From: Anolis carolinensis
Lineage: Eukaryota
DNA: 64,000 nt
Assembly (NCBI RefSeq): GCF_035594765.1
Contig: NC_085847.1
Coordinates: forward strand, 8,866,001-8,930,000
Direction of reading: 5' to 3'
The notes under the pieces were generated by a model. It did no database searches. It saw only the letters and a program-made list of their open reading frames with translations, and was not told where the DNA came from. Numbering within the stretch: the first letter of the stretch is position 1; each line of letters opens with the position of its first letter. Position numbers and translations under genes: made by a program. This document shows, piece after piece, positions 31,890 through 44,887 of the stretch.

Positions 31890-34800
31890 TCACTGCATGC
31901 CAAACCACTGCTCCTGATCCGCCCACTGGGCTGCCTCACTGTCACTACCTTCTAGATCTCCTTCCTCTCCACTGCCTTCCATGTCATCCACATCTTCTTC
32001 CTGGGTAGCATCGGTAGGGCTTTCCTCTTTCTCCATCTTCTGCATTCCCTCCAGTGACTTCTGATCGTTTGGATCCAAACTGAAAGAACAAAACGATATC
32101 CTGAAATGAAAAGGACTGGCCTGCCCACGTGTATTTTTTTTAAGCTTCCTGGCTTCAGCATACTGTTTCTGATGCATACAGCTCCCGCCTTTCTCCCCAG
32201 AGATACATTTAAGCATCCCCACACATTCCGAGGAGGAAGCGGCTCATAAGCAACCACTCCACATTCTCACAGTGTAGCTTTTGAACAAGCTCAGCTAAAC
32301 CCCTTGAACCTTCTTGTGGTTTATACGCATACCTCTCAAATCAATTACAAATACAAACACACAACAGGCAAGACGGACAATGCGATCTTTGACTATTGTA
32401 AGGAAACACTTTAGCACAGCTTCAACTCACAGACGTTGGTTCAATTATGGCTCCAGGGCCATAGCAAAGAAGGGGAAACGTTTCACAAAGAGAGATGATG
32501 ACGCTGTGGTGGGTTCAAAGCAAGTGCACTCAAGAAAGTGTCTTGCAAACTTACTCAAAGTCTAAATTCCCAGTTGGCTTGTTGGCCAGCCAACTTTCTT
32601 AAAAGCATCACACAGCTTTAAAGAGTGAGGCTGTGGCCTACCCACCATTCCAAGTGCACCAAAGGCAATCCTGTGGTGATGGATGGGGAGTAAAAGAACA
32701 GGGGAATGTATCCATCTACAGATTCAGTATTAAAACTGTCACCTAAACTCAAGCCACATACAATCAAATAATAGGAAGGAGAATCTATCAGGAAATTGTG
32801 GAAGACGATTGCCCTAGGAGTTGCAAATCTTCACCATTGGATAATGATAATACTTCCAGAAAGTTACCTTAGAGCAATACTGTACTGGTCCATGGCTTCC
32901 TGATACTCATTAACAGCTACGAGGAAGTCTCCTAACATTCGATGCAGAATGCAGTCACTCTGGTTGGCCAGAGCATTCCTCAGCAAAGCAATCCCATCGT
33001 CATACTTCTGTTCCCGGCCTGTTGACACAGATTTAAAGCTACTTATATCAGGGACATCCTGCATTTAAAATCATCTCTGTTGATTAACTGCACAGATTTC
33101 ACAGCTTTTGGATAGTTTTAAAATTAATTTTATTCAGTGTTTACATTCTGTCTCTCTTATTGTAAGGTGGCTTGCAATAATTTAAAATAAAAGTTTAGCT
33201 AAAATTTTATATTACAAAAACGGTATTTCACATCAAGGTGATGTGCAAAAATAATTGATTATAGTCCATGCACCTTCATGGAGAAGGTATTATGCAGAAG
33301 GAGACAGACAGACACAGATCCCTCTCAGAAAAAGCATAGTTTTGTATAGGAGAAAGAAGGAACTATCCCTGTTCTTGTAAGGGACACTCGCTGATTAAAA
33401 AACAATGCTGACAAGATTGTAACAATGACTAGAAGAGGGTTGGAAACTGACTTACTGAGAAGCTCTGCCTTTTTAACCACTGCTTTGATGTAATCGGGGC
33501 GCTGCGTCAACGCTTTGTCCAGTAAAGTTTTTGCTTTCTCCTGTGCCACAGGATCTTCCAGACAAACAGTGGCCAAAAGAGTCAGCGTCTGTGCATTGGC
33601 TCCCAGGGTTTTGTACACATTATTGGCCATAACCGTGGCTTCGCGGAGACCATTTGATGCCAAGTAGCACTCAATGAGGCCTGGGAGAGCAAAGGGGTTA
33701 AGGTTATTATCTGAAGATATAGCCAGATTTTTAAAAATTTCAGTACCATTTACAGAAGGTGGTGGTGGTGGTGTGTGTGGTTGGGGGTTATCTATTTAAT
33801 TCAAAAATCTCACAGAAGCAACTATCAAAGAATTTTGCACATTGGCTTGGCAGCTCAAAATCTTTACAAAGGACTCAGACATGCCAAAATGTGCGATCTC
33901 AGGGATGTAGTTCATTTGATAGCCTACAAGGATTTTCACTCTGCCACCAGATTCAAGAGCACACATTTCCCCAAAGTTTGCCATCTTCACTTGCCTTCGT
34001 AGCAGTCCAGCCTGCAAGGAGCGAGCCGTATAGCTTCGCGGAAATGGATGATGGCTTCTTGCACTCTGCCCATGTTTCGAAGAGCTGCCCCTTTCAGCAG
34101 CAACGCTTGGACGCTGTTGCTATTTAGCTGAATTGCTTTGGCTCCTAAATACAAAGCCCGGGAGTAGCGCTTGCTATAGAAACTATGACACCTGCAGAAA
34201 GGAGGAGGCAACAGTGGACTGTTACATTTTACACTGGTTGCAACCCTTTTCCCTGCATTGTTTAGTATTTTTAAGAAATTAATTTATCAAAAAGTGGACT
34301 CCCAGACAACTTTCCTACTAAAATTAAGAAATGCAGCTGTAGTTTTCAGCATTCAAAATACTCAAAACTGTTCAAAAGAGAAGCAAAAAGGTAGAAAGCA
34401 ACATGCTATTACCCCGACACCACCCAAGGCTCAGCGTGCTGATCAGAAATATTGAAAAGCCGACAGCCTAGATTCTCCACATCCTCCAAGCGACCTTCAC
34501 GGGCTAACAAGTACCCATACACGTCCATTCCTAAAAACAAAATGAAAGAAGTCGATACTCAAAGGATGCCAGTTTGAGGATACTCAAACTGATGCTAGTT
34601 TCATTCCCCTTTTGCTTTGGCTCAGTACTAAAATTACTACATTATGCAAATTTAGCCAAAAAAGGTGACCATTAGATTCAGGTAAATACAGTATAAGTCT
34701 TCTCCCAATCACTTGTGTTCTATATTCAATCTAAAAGTGCCAACTGGGCCTCCACAAGGAAGATCCTCTCGCTAGGCGGAAACAGAGCAAGATCCCTACA

Positions 34801-37800
34801 ACTGAGCATATTTCTGGGATACAGGCATATATTGGAGATGAATTTACCTTTTATTAAATATGGATCCAACATCTGTGCTTGCTCAAATTTTAGAATGGCA
34901 TTCTTATTGTCACCAGCTCTGAAATACAGATCTGCTAAGCTGCCCAGTATATCCACATTATCCCTCAAGAGTGACTTTTTTTCCAGTGAGCTTATAGGAG
35001 TAAAAGAAATTGAGAAAAAAGAGAACACAATATAAATTTAAATGTGGAGTATTTTTGTTTATCTATTATACACCCTGTATATTATACGCCCTGAGTCCCC
35101 TGATGGGTGAGAAGGGCGGGGGTAGAAGTGATGTAATAAATAATAATATTATAGTGTCGAAGAATTACAGATGGACAGGACAGTGAGATCAGTGCATTAT
35201 GAAATGGAATTGAGATGCCGTCAAATACAACATACTGTATAATTAAATTCTATAAGCAATTAAGAACTCAAAAAAATTGGTAGTGAAAATGCAATTCTCT
35301 CAGGAGCAACTCAAATGTTCTTTAGGAAGCCTGTCCTGGTCTCTTACCAGATGGTGTTAATGGCTCTTGTGTTATCTCCTGTGTGCACAAATGCATATGC
35401 TTTGATCCACACTGAAAGCCAATCCAAGTTTGGGATACTCTGGATCACATTCATCGTCATAGAGGCAACTTCTGCACCTTTCACTGAGAGCGACAACAAA
35501 CCTAAATAAGAGGCAACGATAGTGGTCACTCCTGTTCTGGCCAAGAGGATCATCACATGGGGCTGGCAGCGTGCATCTTTATTATTATTATTTGAATTAC
35601 TATTACTATTTAAATGTTTGTAGGCATAGTGCTTGTGAATGTGGAAAATGCAGAAGTAATTAATTTGCAAAACCCCAGTCTCGTGAGATCAAAAGCTCCA
35701 ATTCTTTCCGGGGGGAAGGGTGGTTAAAAAGAAGAAATGGACAAAGAGAGACAATGAACAGATTGGGAGGAATTACAATGGAGAAGCTGAGATAAGCTAA
35801 CTATGTATTCATCTTACTGAAAGTACTGACAACAAAGAGTGGCTATCGTGGCATGCTCCAGCTCTTAGCAAGACAGGTTGTCAATAATCACTGATAACAA
35901 GAAATATATCTACCTAGGATGGCATCAAGAGCAAGTGGGCACTGTCTCAGAACTTCTTTGTAACTTGTCACAGAGGAGCGTTCCTGGCCCGCCTTTTTAT
36001 ACAGGTTCGCCAGCATCATGTTAATCTGTAAACCATGGAAACACAACAGTGAAGTTATAAAGTAGAAATAGAGGTAGTGCTCTGACACACGTCAACAACT
36101 CGCAAGAGATGAAAACCACACTTCAAACTTGGTATAAGTACTAAGGGGGACTTGGGGTGTGCACCTTGAAGCCATCTGATTTTAAAAATTGATTTTTTTA
36201 TTTCCATGTGTCTGAAGCTCTCTTTTTGAAGGGTTATCTCTAGTTGACTCACTTCCCTATTCTGTGTGCAGGCTTCTAGTCAATTTAGCCTTTAAGGATC
36301 AGGCTGATATGGTTTCACTTGGGTTAACGTAGAAAACTGTTAAGATCTCTACATAATTGTTTGCCTTGAGACTTTTCCTCCAGAAAAATAAGCTAGAATT
36401 ATATATCCAGTGTTTCTTTGCCTCCCTGGCACGTAAGGATTGCTGATACAATCCTCTGGGCTTGATTGCCATGATCAATGCCTTATATCTTGCAACCAAA
36501 GATTGCTGAAAGAATTGTTCTATCTTGTATGCTTCTGACGAAAAGCTCAAGTAACTTTCCTTTTCTTTTTTTGGCAAAAGAGAAACCTACCTTTGGAGTT
36601 CTCTGTCTGGAAGGGATCCCGTCAAGAATGGCAATGGCATCTTTGTCTTGCTTTAACATTGTGTAGCACTCTGCCATTTTGTACTTCACTTCGATTTCAG
36701 AAGGCAGGCACTACAAATACAATGGAGACCCCTCTTTAATGATTTCATAGCTCTTGCAACACATGATAAAAGACAAATACTTTGTTCATAATAGATTTTA
36801 AAGTTTAAAGACGTACTCTACAACAAGTCAAAACCATGGACAATCTGACTCAACACTGAATATTGGAATTTCTCCATAATTTTCTCAGGCAACCGTCATT
36901 CACAGAAAAAGTGCAGAAGCCAGGGACTAGATTTTACTCTTAATGTATATCCTATCCCTGAGCTGGACCGTCATCCTTTTTTCTTTTAAACATTACATTT
37001 TCAATTGATATTTTAAAGTATCAAAACAAGAAGAGGAACATACCATCCTAATACAATGCAATGGAAACCATCCCTACAAATATATTTTCAGGGATTCAAT
37101 GCCTCCTTCTGGGATCCAGGACAAACCTGGCTGGCTACTGAATGACCTACATACACACACACACACACTGTATTTGGATAAGATTTTTTGTCATTGATTT
37201 TCACAGCCAATGCAACATGGGTTTGTCTGATAAACAAGACATGATTTGACTACCTGGTTTTGAGGAGTAGATGCCCCATTCCCGGTCGAAGGCCTGACTT
37301 TGGATGTTTTACTCAAGGCTTTCTTCTGCTGCAAGGCCATTGTGTACTTACTGACGGCATTTCGGTACTCCTTGTCGTGGAAAAGAGAATCAGCATGGTA
37401 CACAAGCAGCTGATACTTCTGTGACGGGGAAAACAACTCACTGGAAGAAACAGAGAGCAAATCTTGTTGGTTGACCTTCACCGAGTAGAAGTAATTAATT
37501 TGCAAAACCCCAGTTTTGCGAGATCATAAGCTCTGATTCTTCAGGACAGAGAATTATCTCCACAAGAGGAAACGAAATTTTGGATAGAGGATATAAAAAG
37601 AAGTGGCTCAGAGGGAGGGGGGCACTATGGTGAATGATAGAAATATAGACAAGTGAAATTTATAGTATACATTAAAGCATATGTTTATTGTATATGTACT
37701 ACAAATGTATTATTTTTTGTTTTATATAATAATGAAATACAAATATATAAAACTAAACTGGATTATATGAGTCTGCCCTGCCAAATAATCTCGGATAAAC

Positions 37801-39450
37801 AGAAAACATGGGATCAAATCCTGGGATATAGGACCTGTCTGGAAGGGCCCGTAGAAAATGCCCTTCCATGCAGCCATAGAATTCAGTGTTACTGTTTTGT
37901 TTTGATATTCATTGTAATCGCTTTATTCTGTTTTGTTTTGGGCATCGCCCCATGTTAGCCGCCCCGAGTACCTTCGGGGAAATGGTGGAGGGGTAGAAAA
38001 ATAAAGTATTATTATTATTATTTATCTAGGCAGATAATCCACAAAATCTGTTTTGGACTAGGTTATCTAAATCCACACTGCTATATAATCCAGTTCAATG
38101 TGTATACAGCTGTGTGGAAGGGGCCTATATCCCAGGATCTGATCCCAGATTATCTGTTTATTCCAGGTTATCTGGCAGTGGGGACTCATGTATTCCAGTT
38201 TAAAGCAGATAATCTGGGGTCCCTTCTACACAGATGAGTAAAATCCCACATTTTCCTGCTTTGAACTGGAATATATGGCAGTGTGGACTGACACAGATAA
38301 CCCAGTTCAAAGCAAATTTTGTAGGATTTTATGCCTTGAAATTCTGGGTTCTATGGCAGTGTGGAAGGGCCCTCAGATAACCCAGTTCAAAGCAGATATT
38401 GTGGAATTTTCTGCCTTGATATTCTGGGGTCTAGGGCTGTGTGAGTTATGTGAGTCCACACTGCCATCTATCCCAGTTCAAAGCAGATAATGTGGGATTT
38501 TCTGCCTTGATATTCTGGGGTCTAGGGCTGTGTGAGTTATCTAAGTCCACACTGCCATCTATCCCAGTTCAAAGCAGATAATGTGGGATTTTCTGCCTTG
38601 ATATTCTGGGGTCTAGGGCTGTGTGAGTTATCTGAGTCCACACTGCCATCTATCCCAGTTCAAAACAGATAATGTGGGATTTTCTGCCTTGATATTCTGG
38701 GGTCTAGGGCTGTGTGAGTTATCTGAGTCCACACTGCCATCTATCCCAGTTCAAAGCAGATAATGTGGGATTTTCTGCCTTGATATTCTGGGGTCTAGGG
38801 CTGTGTGAGTTATCTGAGTCCACACTGCCATCTATCCCAGTTCAAAGCAGATAATGTGGGATTTTCTGCCTTGATATTCTGGGGTCTAGGGCTGTGTGAG
38901 TTATGTGAGTCCACACTGCCATCTATCCCAGTTCAAAGCAGATAATGTGGGATTTTCTGCCTTGATATTCTGGGGTCTAGGGCTGTGTGAGTTATCTAAG
39001 TCCACACTGCCATCTATCCCAGTTCAAAGCAGATAATGTGGGATTTTCTGCCTTGATATTCTGGGGTCTAGGGCTGTGTGAGTTATCTGAGTCCACACTG
39101 CCATCTATCCCAGTTCAAAACAGATAATGTGGGATTTTCTGCCTTGATATTCTGGGGTCTAGGGCTGTGTGAGTTATCTGAGTCCACACTGCCATCTATC
39201 CCAGTTCAAAGCAGATAATGTGGGATTTTACTCAGCTGTATGGAAGGGGCCTCGGTGCGCCTGCATGGCTTCTCAGCCCATTCCCGTTTGGTTGGAAGCG
39301 GGTCGGAGGCCACAAAGCCTCCCTGGTCGGCCTCCAGCGCCTCACTCACGGGTTGTTGCCGCTCATGGTAAGGAGGAGGCCGCTCAGGAGCCTGACGTTG
39401 GAGTGCAGCCCCGCCGCCGCCATCTCCCGCACATGGTCCACCACGCTCAT
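31890..39450 (-). CDS. ANAPC7: Anaphase-promoting complex subunit 7 (TPR protein), 565 aa
   Basis: 11 exons (minus): 39350-39450, 37254-37440, 36591-36710, 35914-36025, 35348-35501, 34848-34990, 34413-34530, 33995-34191, 33456-33680, 32868-33018, 31890-32079; total 1698 nt. Starts MSVVDHVREMAAAGLHSNVRLL, ends WADQEQWFGMQ*. GC donor after exon 8. Confidence 0.97.
38025..39251. mobile_element. Cluster of Harbinger-like MITE sequence in ANAPC7 intron 1 (contains the 91-bp array)
   Basis: Repeated gtggaaggggcc / cccttctacacag termini and ccagttcaaagcagataat motifs. Confidence 0.7.
38380..39227. repeat. 91-bp tandem repeat, about 9 copies
   Basis: ctagggctgt recurs at 38431, 38522, 38613, 38704, 38795, 38886, 38977, 39068 and 39159 (exact 91-bp spacing). 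Confidence 0.97.
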
Positions 39451-39960
39451 GGCCTCGGAAAGACTCGACCCAGGGACAGGAACGGGGAAACGGGCGGCGA
39501 CAACGGACAGAGTCCCCTCAGCAAGTCTAAAATGGCGCCTCTCCGAAGGGTCCTCGCCGAGAAAGCCGCCCTGACACTTCCACAACAACCATCCCCGAGG
39601 AAGGGCTGCCCCAGCGTTCGCCTGTTCGCCTCAGGGGCAACTTCCCTTCTTACACATCGCGGAGTTACTGTCCTGCTTCGGGTATAGCTTTCCCTCTTTT
39701 TTTAAAAAAAGTTATTTGCAAAGAGGTGATTTTTAAAATAAAATAAAATCAGGTACTGATGTAGCCACCTTTCCCGAGTGGCGACTATAGAAGAGAGAGG
39801 AGCGAAGAAGGTGTCTGAGCATGCGCGGCTTCTGAGAAGGGCTGCTTCGGTTCCCTTCTGTCGGTGTTGTGGCCTTTTCCGAAGAAAAGCCTACATTTTT
39901 AGGCCCAGAATGCATAATAGTCGTCCGTAGAGGCTGAGAGAGTGTGAGTCACCTGTTGGG
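39250..39960 (-). promoter_or_regulatory. CpG-rich ANAPC7 promoter / first exon
   Basis: High CpG density around the ATG at 39450; YY1-like AAAATGGCG near 39529; NRF1-like GAGCATGCGC near 39817. Confidence 0.7.
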
Positions 39961-40164
39961 TGGGCATTGGAACCCTCGTCTCCAGAGTCATAGCATCTAC
40001 ACTGTAGAATTAATGCGTTTTAACACCACTTTCACTGCCCCGACTCAGGGCTCTGTCCACACAGCCATAGAACCCAGAATATCAAGGCAGAAAATCCCAC
40101 AAGATCTGCTTTGGACTGGGTTGTCTGAGTCCACACTGCCATATCATCCAGATTATGTGATTAT

Positions 40165-40472
40165 TATCCAGATTATTATTACATATATACATATACAATT
40201 TACAATAATATATATTATAATATATTGTATATGCATATAATATTAATAATATTACTTTGTAATACAATATAATACTAATAATACAATATATTAATTATAT
40301 ATTACATGTAATATTATTATTAATAATATATAGATATAGTACAATATGGTAATTTATTGCTAGTATTGTGCTATGCTAATAATATAATATTGTATGTAAA
40401 TTTAATTTGTAAGCCGCTCTGAGTCCCCTTCGGGGCGAGAAGGGCGAGATATAAATATATTAAATAAATAAA
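40165..40472 (+). mobile_element. Retroposon with AT-rich body and gtaagccgc..gagtcccc..gggcg..(TAAA)n 3' tail (L2-type LINE/SINE tail)
   Basis: Inverse copy at about 49485-49775. The same tail occurs at about 35085-35145, 37955-38010, 41458-41527, 52258-52330 and 59020-59085. Confidence 0.65.
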
Positions 40473-40626
40473 TCTGCTTTGAACTGGATTCTTTGAGTCT
40501 ACACTGCCATGTAATCCAGTTCAAAGCAGATCATCTAGATTGTATCTGGCAGTGTAGGTTTTAGAAAAGTATGAGCACTAGATGGGATTCGGGAGTATAC
40601 AGTTTGCAGATCGGTGCTTTTTATTA

Positions 40627-40630
<4 letters not shown>

Positions 40631-40695
<65 letters not shown>
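40631..40695. repeat. (TAT)n microsatellite
   Basis: Perfect trinucleotide run; similar (ATT/AAT)n runs at about 43947-43994 and 44838-44895. Confidence 0.95.
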
Positions 40696-40696
<1 letters not shown>

Positions 40697-42030
40697 GGAA
40701 GCTCAGGGTTACCAAGCAGGTCCTTGGGAAGTCTGCCTATTTGTATGTATGTATGTATTTGTAAGATAGGAAAAAATACGCAATGCAGGGAATAATAATT
40801 ACCGACAAATCTGGTTAACAATGTGATTGTTATGAAGACTGACAAAATAAATATTAAAAAAATAAGACATACTGTTATATCTTAAGCAATACGGAATCCC
40901 CTATGAAGGACACAATTGGACTATAAACAAAGACTTTGGTTGTTTCTCACTGTATCTTTGTGACTGGTGAAGCTGGTTGGGGGAGGGCTGGTTTATTATT
41001 GTGGTTGTTATTATATGTATATGCCACTTTCCCTCTCTTCAGAGAGACTCAGAGTAGTGAATTCTTGCTGCGAGCATAAAGGGAAGCTTCCGAGAACCTC
41101 CAGTATTTGCAAGATTTGCTAAACAGGCTGGTTTTCCTTTTTATGGAGTCCAGCTAAAGCATCTTTGGAGCGCACTATAAGCACTGTACCTTGTTGCTCA
41201 CAGATTCATGTAAATAGGTGGCATTCAGGATTTTTTTTCGGCGCCAAATTTTTCGGGACCCCAACATTGAGCCAAGGGGACCTCACAGTTTAAGAAGCAG
41301 TGGACTAAATTAACCCGAATAGCTCTGACTTGTGGACAAATAGATCTATTTGTTTTAAAACTGTTTTAAAATTTTTATATTGTATTTAATAGTTTTAATT
41401 GATTTTTATGTACTGTGCAATTTTGATCTTGTGTAGGCATTGAATTACTGCCATTGTTGTAAGCCGCCCTGAGTCTCTTCGGGTGAGAAGGGCGGGATAT
41501 AAATGTTGGAAATAAATAATAAATAAACCCCCTGTGATCTTTTCCAGTTCCCTTGTGTATGTGCTTCATGGCTACTAGGTAGGATGTCTGAATGTTATCT
41601 CTGGCATGAGCAATCTTGTCCCATTCTAGCCTTGGGTGGGAAGGTAGAAGAGTTTTTTTTAAAAGGCAGATCCAAAGAGAAATAAAAGAACCCAGTCCTT
41701 AGAACTGCACCCCCCCCCCCCCGGGTCTTTAAGCAAGGCAGTTCTTGCCTTTCTAGATTATGGCCAAGGCCAATGTGGTCATCAAATGCAAGGACAGACA
41801 AAACAACGTGAGAACCCACTTCTTTTTTATTGTTGTCATTGATCAACCCCTTCAGTGCAACAAGATACGCGCATGATTATCGCTTCCTTTTTGTTTTTCT
41901 TTCCAAGGTGACTTTTCTCCTATTCATGGAAGCACGTATTTGCGTGTGGTAGAAAACATTGTAAAACAAAGGCAAAATTTATACATCCAGAAGTGAAGCA
42001 CTGTGATTTCTCAAGTCGCAGGTTCCCTCC

Positions 42031-43946
42031 TCACTGCCCTGGACCCGACAGGCTCTTGTTCATGAACTGCCGCTTCACAAAACAGGTCCACCACTAAGAA
42101 GGAAACAAAACCAAGATGTCAAAGCAGAAGAAAAGGGGAGGTGGCCCTTAGGGTTTCCCTTAGAACAGCTCTTTGCAAAAGACGCCAAGTTCCCATAGCA
42201 AATGGCAGTCCGATGCTTCAGGAGAGCGAAGTCACAAGTGAGATCCACCTCCTACCTTGCTAGGTTTGTCACTCTGGGGATCGAAAACCTTTTCGCAAAG
42301 CCTCAGGCCCGTCTCTTGCCTCAGCTGCTGTAGGTAGGCTCTCATGATCTCTGAAAGCAGAAAGAATTGCAGCCAGCTGGGACCATGAGATCATATGATA
42401 GTTCTCATTCACGCTGGCATGTATCTCATTTTGAAAAAATTCCCTCTTCAACCAGGGGGCATACAGAACACAAAGATGCTGTTGCTATGCAGACTTGCTT
42501 TACAATAGACCCCAGAGAACATCATAGTCCCTACATCAAGGCCAATACATTTCTCCACCTGCGGCCCTCGCTGCCGCATCCCGCTTACCTTCCTCTTGCT
42601 TGTTTACTGGCCTGGCATAGAGCGCGTTCAGTGGGAAACCTGGCTCTCCAGGGATCGGGAAGTTGGTGATTCCCAATGTATACATCTCCTTCTCGCCTTG
42701 GCCCTTGGCATTGCACTGGAGGCAAAAGAAAGCGGAAGCAAGCGTGACCCAGGGAAGAGGAGATAAAGAGATAAACAACGGGTGTCAATATGGGTTGCAG
42801 AAAAAACATGGAAAGCCACAAATTTGCCTTGATGTTTCATGCTGCTAGAATTGCCAGTTCATGAAACAGACGGTCATTAATACTCCAACTTTTGCCCAAC
42901 AGAGGACTAAATAGAGCTTATATAACAAGAATACAAACACAGTTTTACTCTCTGGAAGGGTTTAATAGTGCAACTCTATATAGATCCCCCTCGGAGTAAG
43001 TCAAGGGACATAGTTCCAATGGTAGCTTTGGGTTCACGGCATAAATATGGGTTTCTTTCTTCTCAAAGTCCACTCCTTTCCCTCTCCCTGGAGCCACAAT
43101 AATTTCGAAACACTACCAGAGCAAGCACATTTTACCCCTTTACTAAACCGAAAATAACTGCTCAATCCAAAGAAGCATACGGAACCACAAAGGACTTTGC
43201 GAACAACATTTGTACAGTGTGACACCAGACTAGTTGGGGGGGAAAAATCCAATAGCTTAATAAACCAATTTTAATAGGGGTTTTTTTGCCTGTTTGAAAA
43301 ACATGCTCCTCAGTTGAAAGCAACAAACCAACCCAAATGAAGCCTTCCGCTCCCTTACCTTCTGCAGTTTTTTCAAGCACTCTGAAATGTAGAGTGTGAC
43401 ATAGATCAAGGTTCGGTCGGCCTCATTCTGAAATTAAAAGAATAGATCCAATTGGCTCATAGGAACAGCTGAGATCGCAATTTCCAAGAACTGTCCGAAG
43501 CCCCTTTCCTCGCACCCTCTTACCTTGATTTCGTAATTTTTGAAGAAGACGTTTGCTTTGAAGTAGCAGATGGCTTCGTCAATGATGTCCATATCCTTTG
43601 CTGCCAAGGGAGGAAGAGAGGCACAATGCGTTGGCAAGGAATAAAAACAACGGCATTGAAGCAAGATCCATGCAAAAAGGGCGAAACAGCCAACCATTAT
43701 CCACTGTCTTGTTTTATATTCACTCCATTTATTTGGGAGGTCACTCCCTTTGATGCCCTTTAAGGCAAGGGTAAGCAACCTGTCGCTTCCTAGATATTTT
43801 TGGAATGCAATTCCCATCATCCCTCACCAATTCCAAGGCTGCTGGTAGCTGCAGTCTTACAATACCTTGGCCGCAAAATAATAACAATAATTATAAAAAT
43901 AATGTAAAATACTACTACTAATAATATACTAATAATACGATATAAA

Positions 43947-43994
<48 letters not shown>

Positions 43995-44838
43995 GGTATT
44001 TGTTACCTGTACCCAGCTTTCCCCACAGCACCTTACAAGATGATTAAAATAGATGGATACAATATAATATTAAAATACATATATTCCAATACACTATTGC
44101 TAATGTCAGCTAAATCTTTGCAAGGCACCCTATCGATTTTGAGTAGTGTACTTCGTGATCATTAGGAAGCTATAATGATTGTTCCGCCATACAGATATTT
44201 CAAAGGCGATCAGAAAGCTGCCAACTTACTTTCTCTGGGCGCTGGCCCTTTAAACTGGCTTTTAATTGGGAGCAAAGCCATGTTCCCAATCAGTTTGGTG
44301 TCTGAATCCATCAGAGTAGAATGATAGGCCTGCAAGGGAGAAGTGAAAGGTCAGCAGTGGATTTTAAAAAATTCAAAAGCTCAACTGCATTAATTCTCCA
44401 GTGTAGATGCACCCCTGGGTTGCGGAAATTTTACATTCAATATGCCGTTGACTCACACGCTTTTTGATGCTAAGTACAGTATTACGCACATTATCTGCAG
44501 GGATACGTTCCCTTGGCAACTGGAAACCGTGAATAGCAATCTATTTAGGGATGAAAAACTTCCAGAATCCTGCTGGAGGACCTAGACAATTCCTAGAGAA
44601 GAACACATTTTGTCCGATGAAGGTTCATTACTGTCCTAGGACCATAAGAGTCATACTATACAAAAAACTGTACAAACTTTGGGGAAATGCACAACTATTT
44701 TATTTCTTTTTCTCTCCGTTTTGGATTCCTTGTATTGTATTTATCAAATCACTGTTCAGTTGTTGTTTCACGTGCATTTATGGATGTATTATAACTACAC
44801 TGTACCCCACCGCAAACCACACAGAGGCACAGAAAATA

Positions 44839-44887
<49 letters not shown>

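Noticed and set aside
38380-39227. Regularly spaced repeats suggesting a CRISPR array
   Set aside because: Whole units are near-identical with no unique spacers, there are no cas genes, and the DNA is vertebrate; it is a tandem repeat.
39169-39687. 172-aa + strand ORF and an upstream in-frame extension of ANAPC7
   Set aside because: Antisense/GC-rich artefact. The ATG at 39450 has good context and gives the expected 565 aa; the longer track ORF starts at a non-ATG codon.
40571-40795. Poly-Tyr / poly-Leu ORFs
   Set aside because: Translation of a (TAT)n microsatellite.
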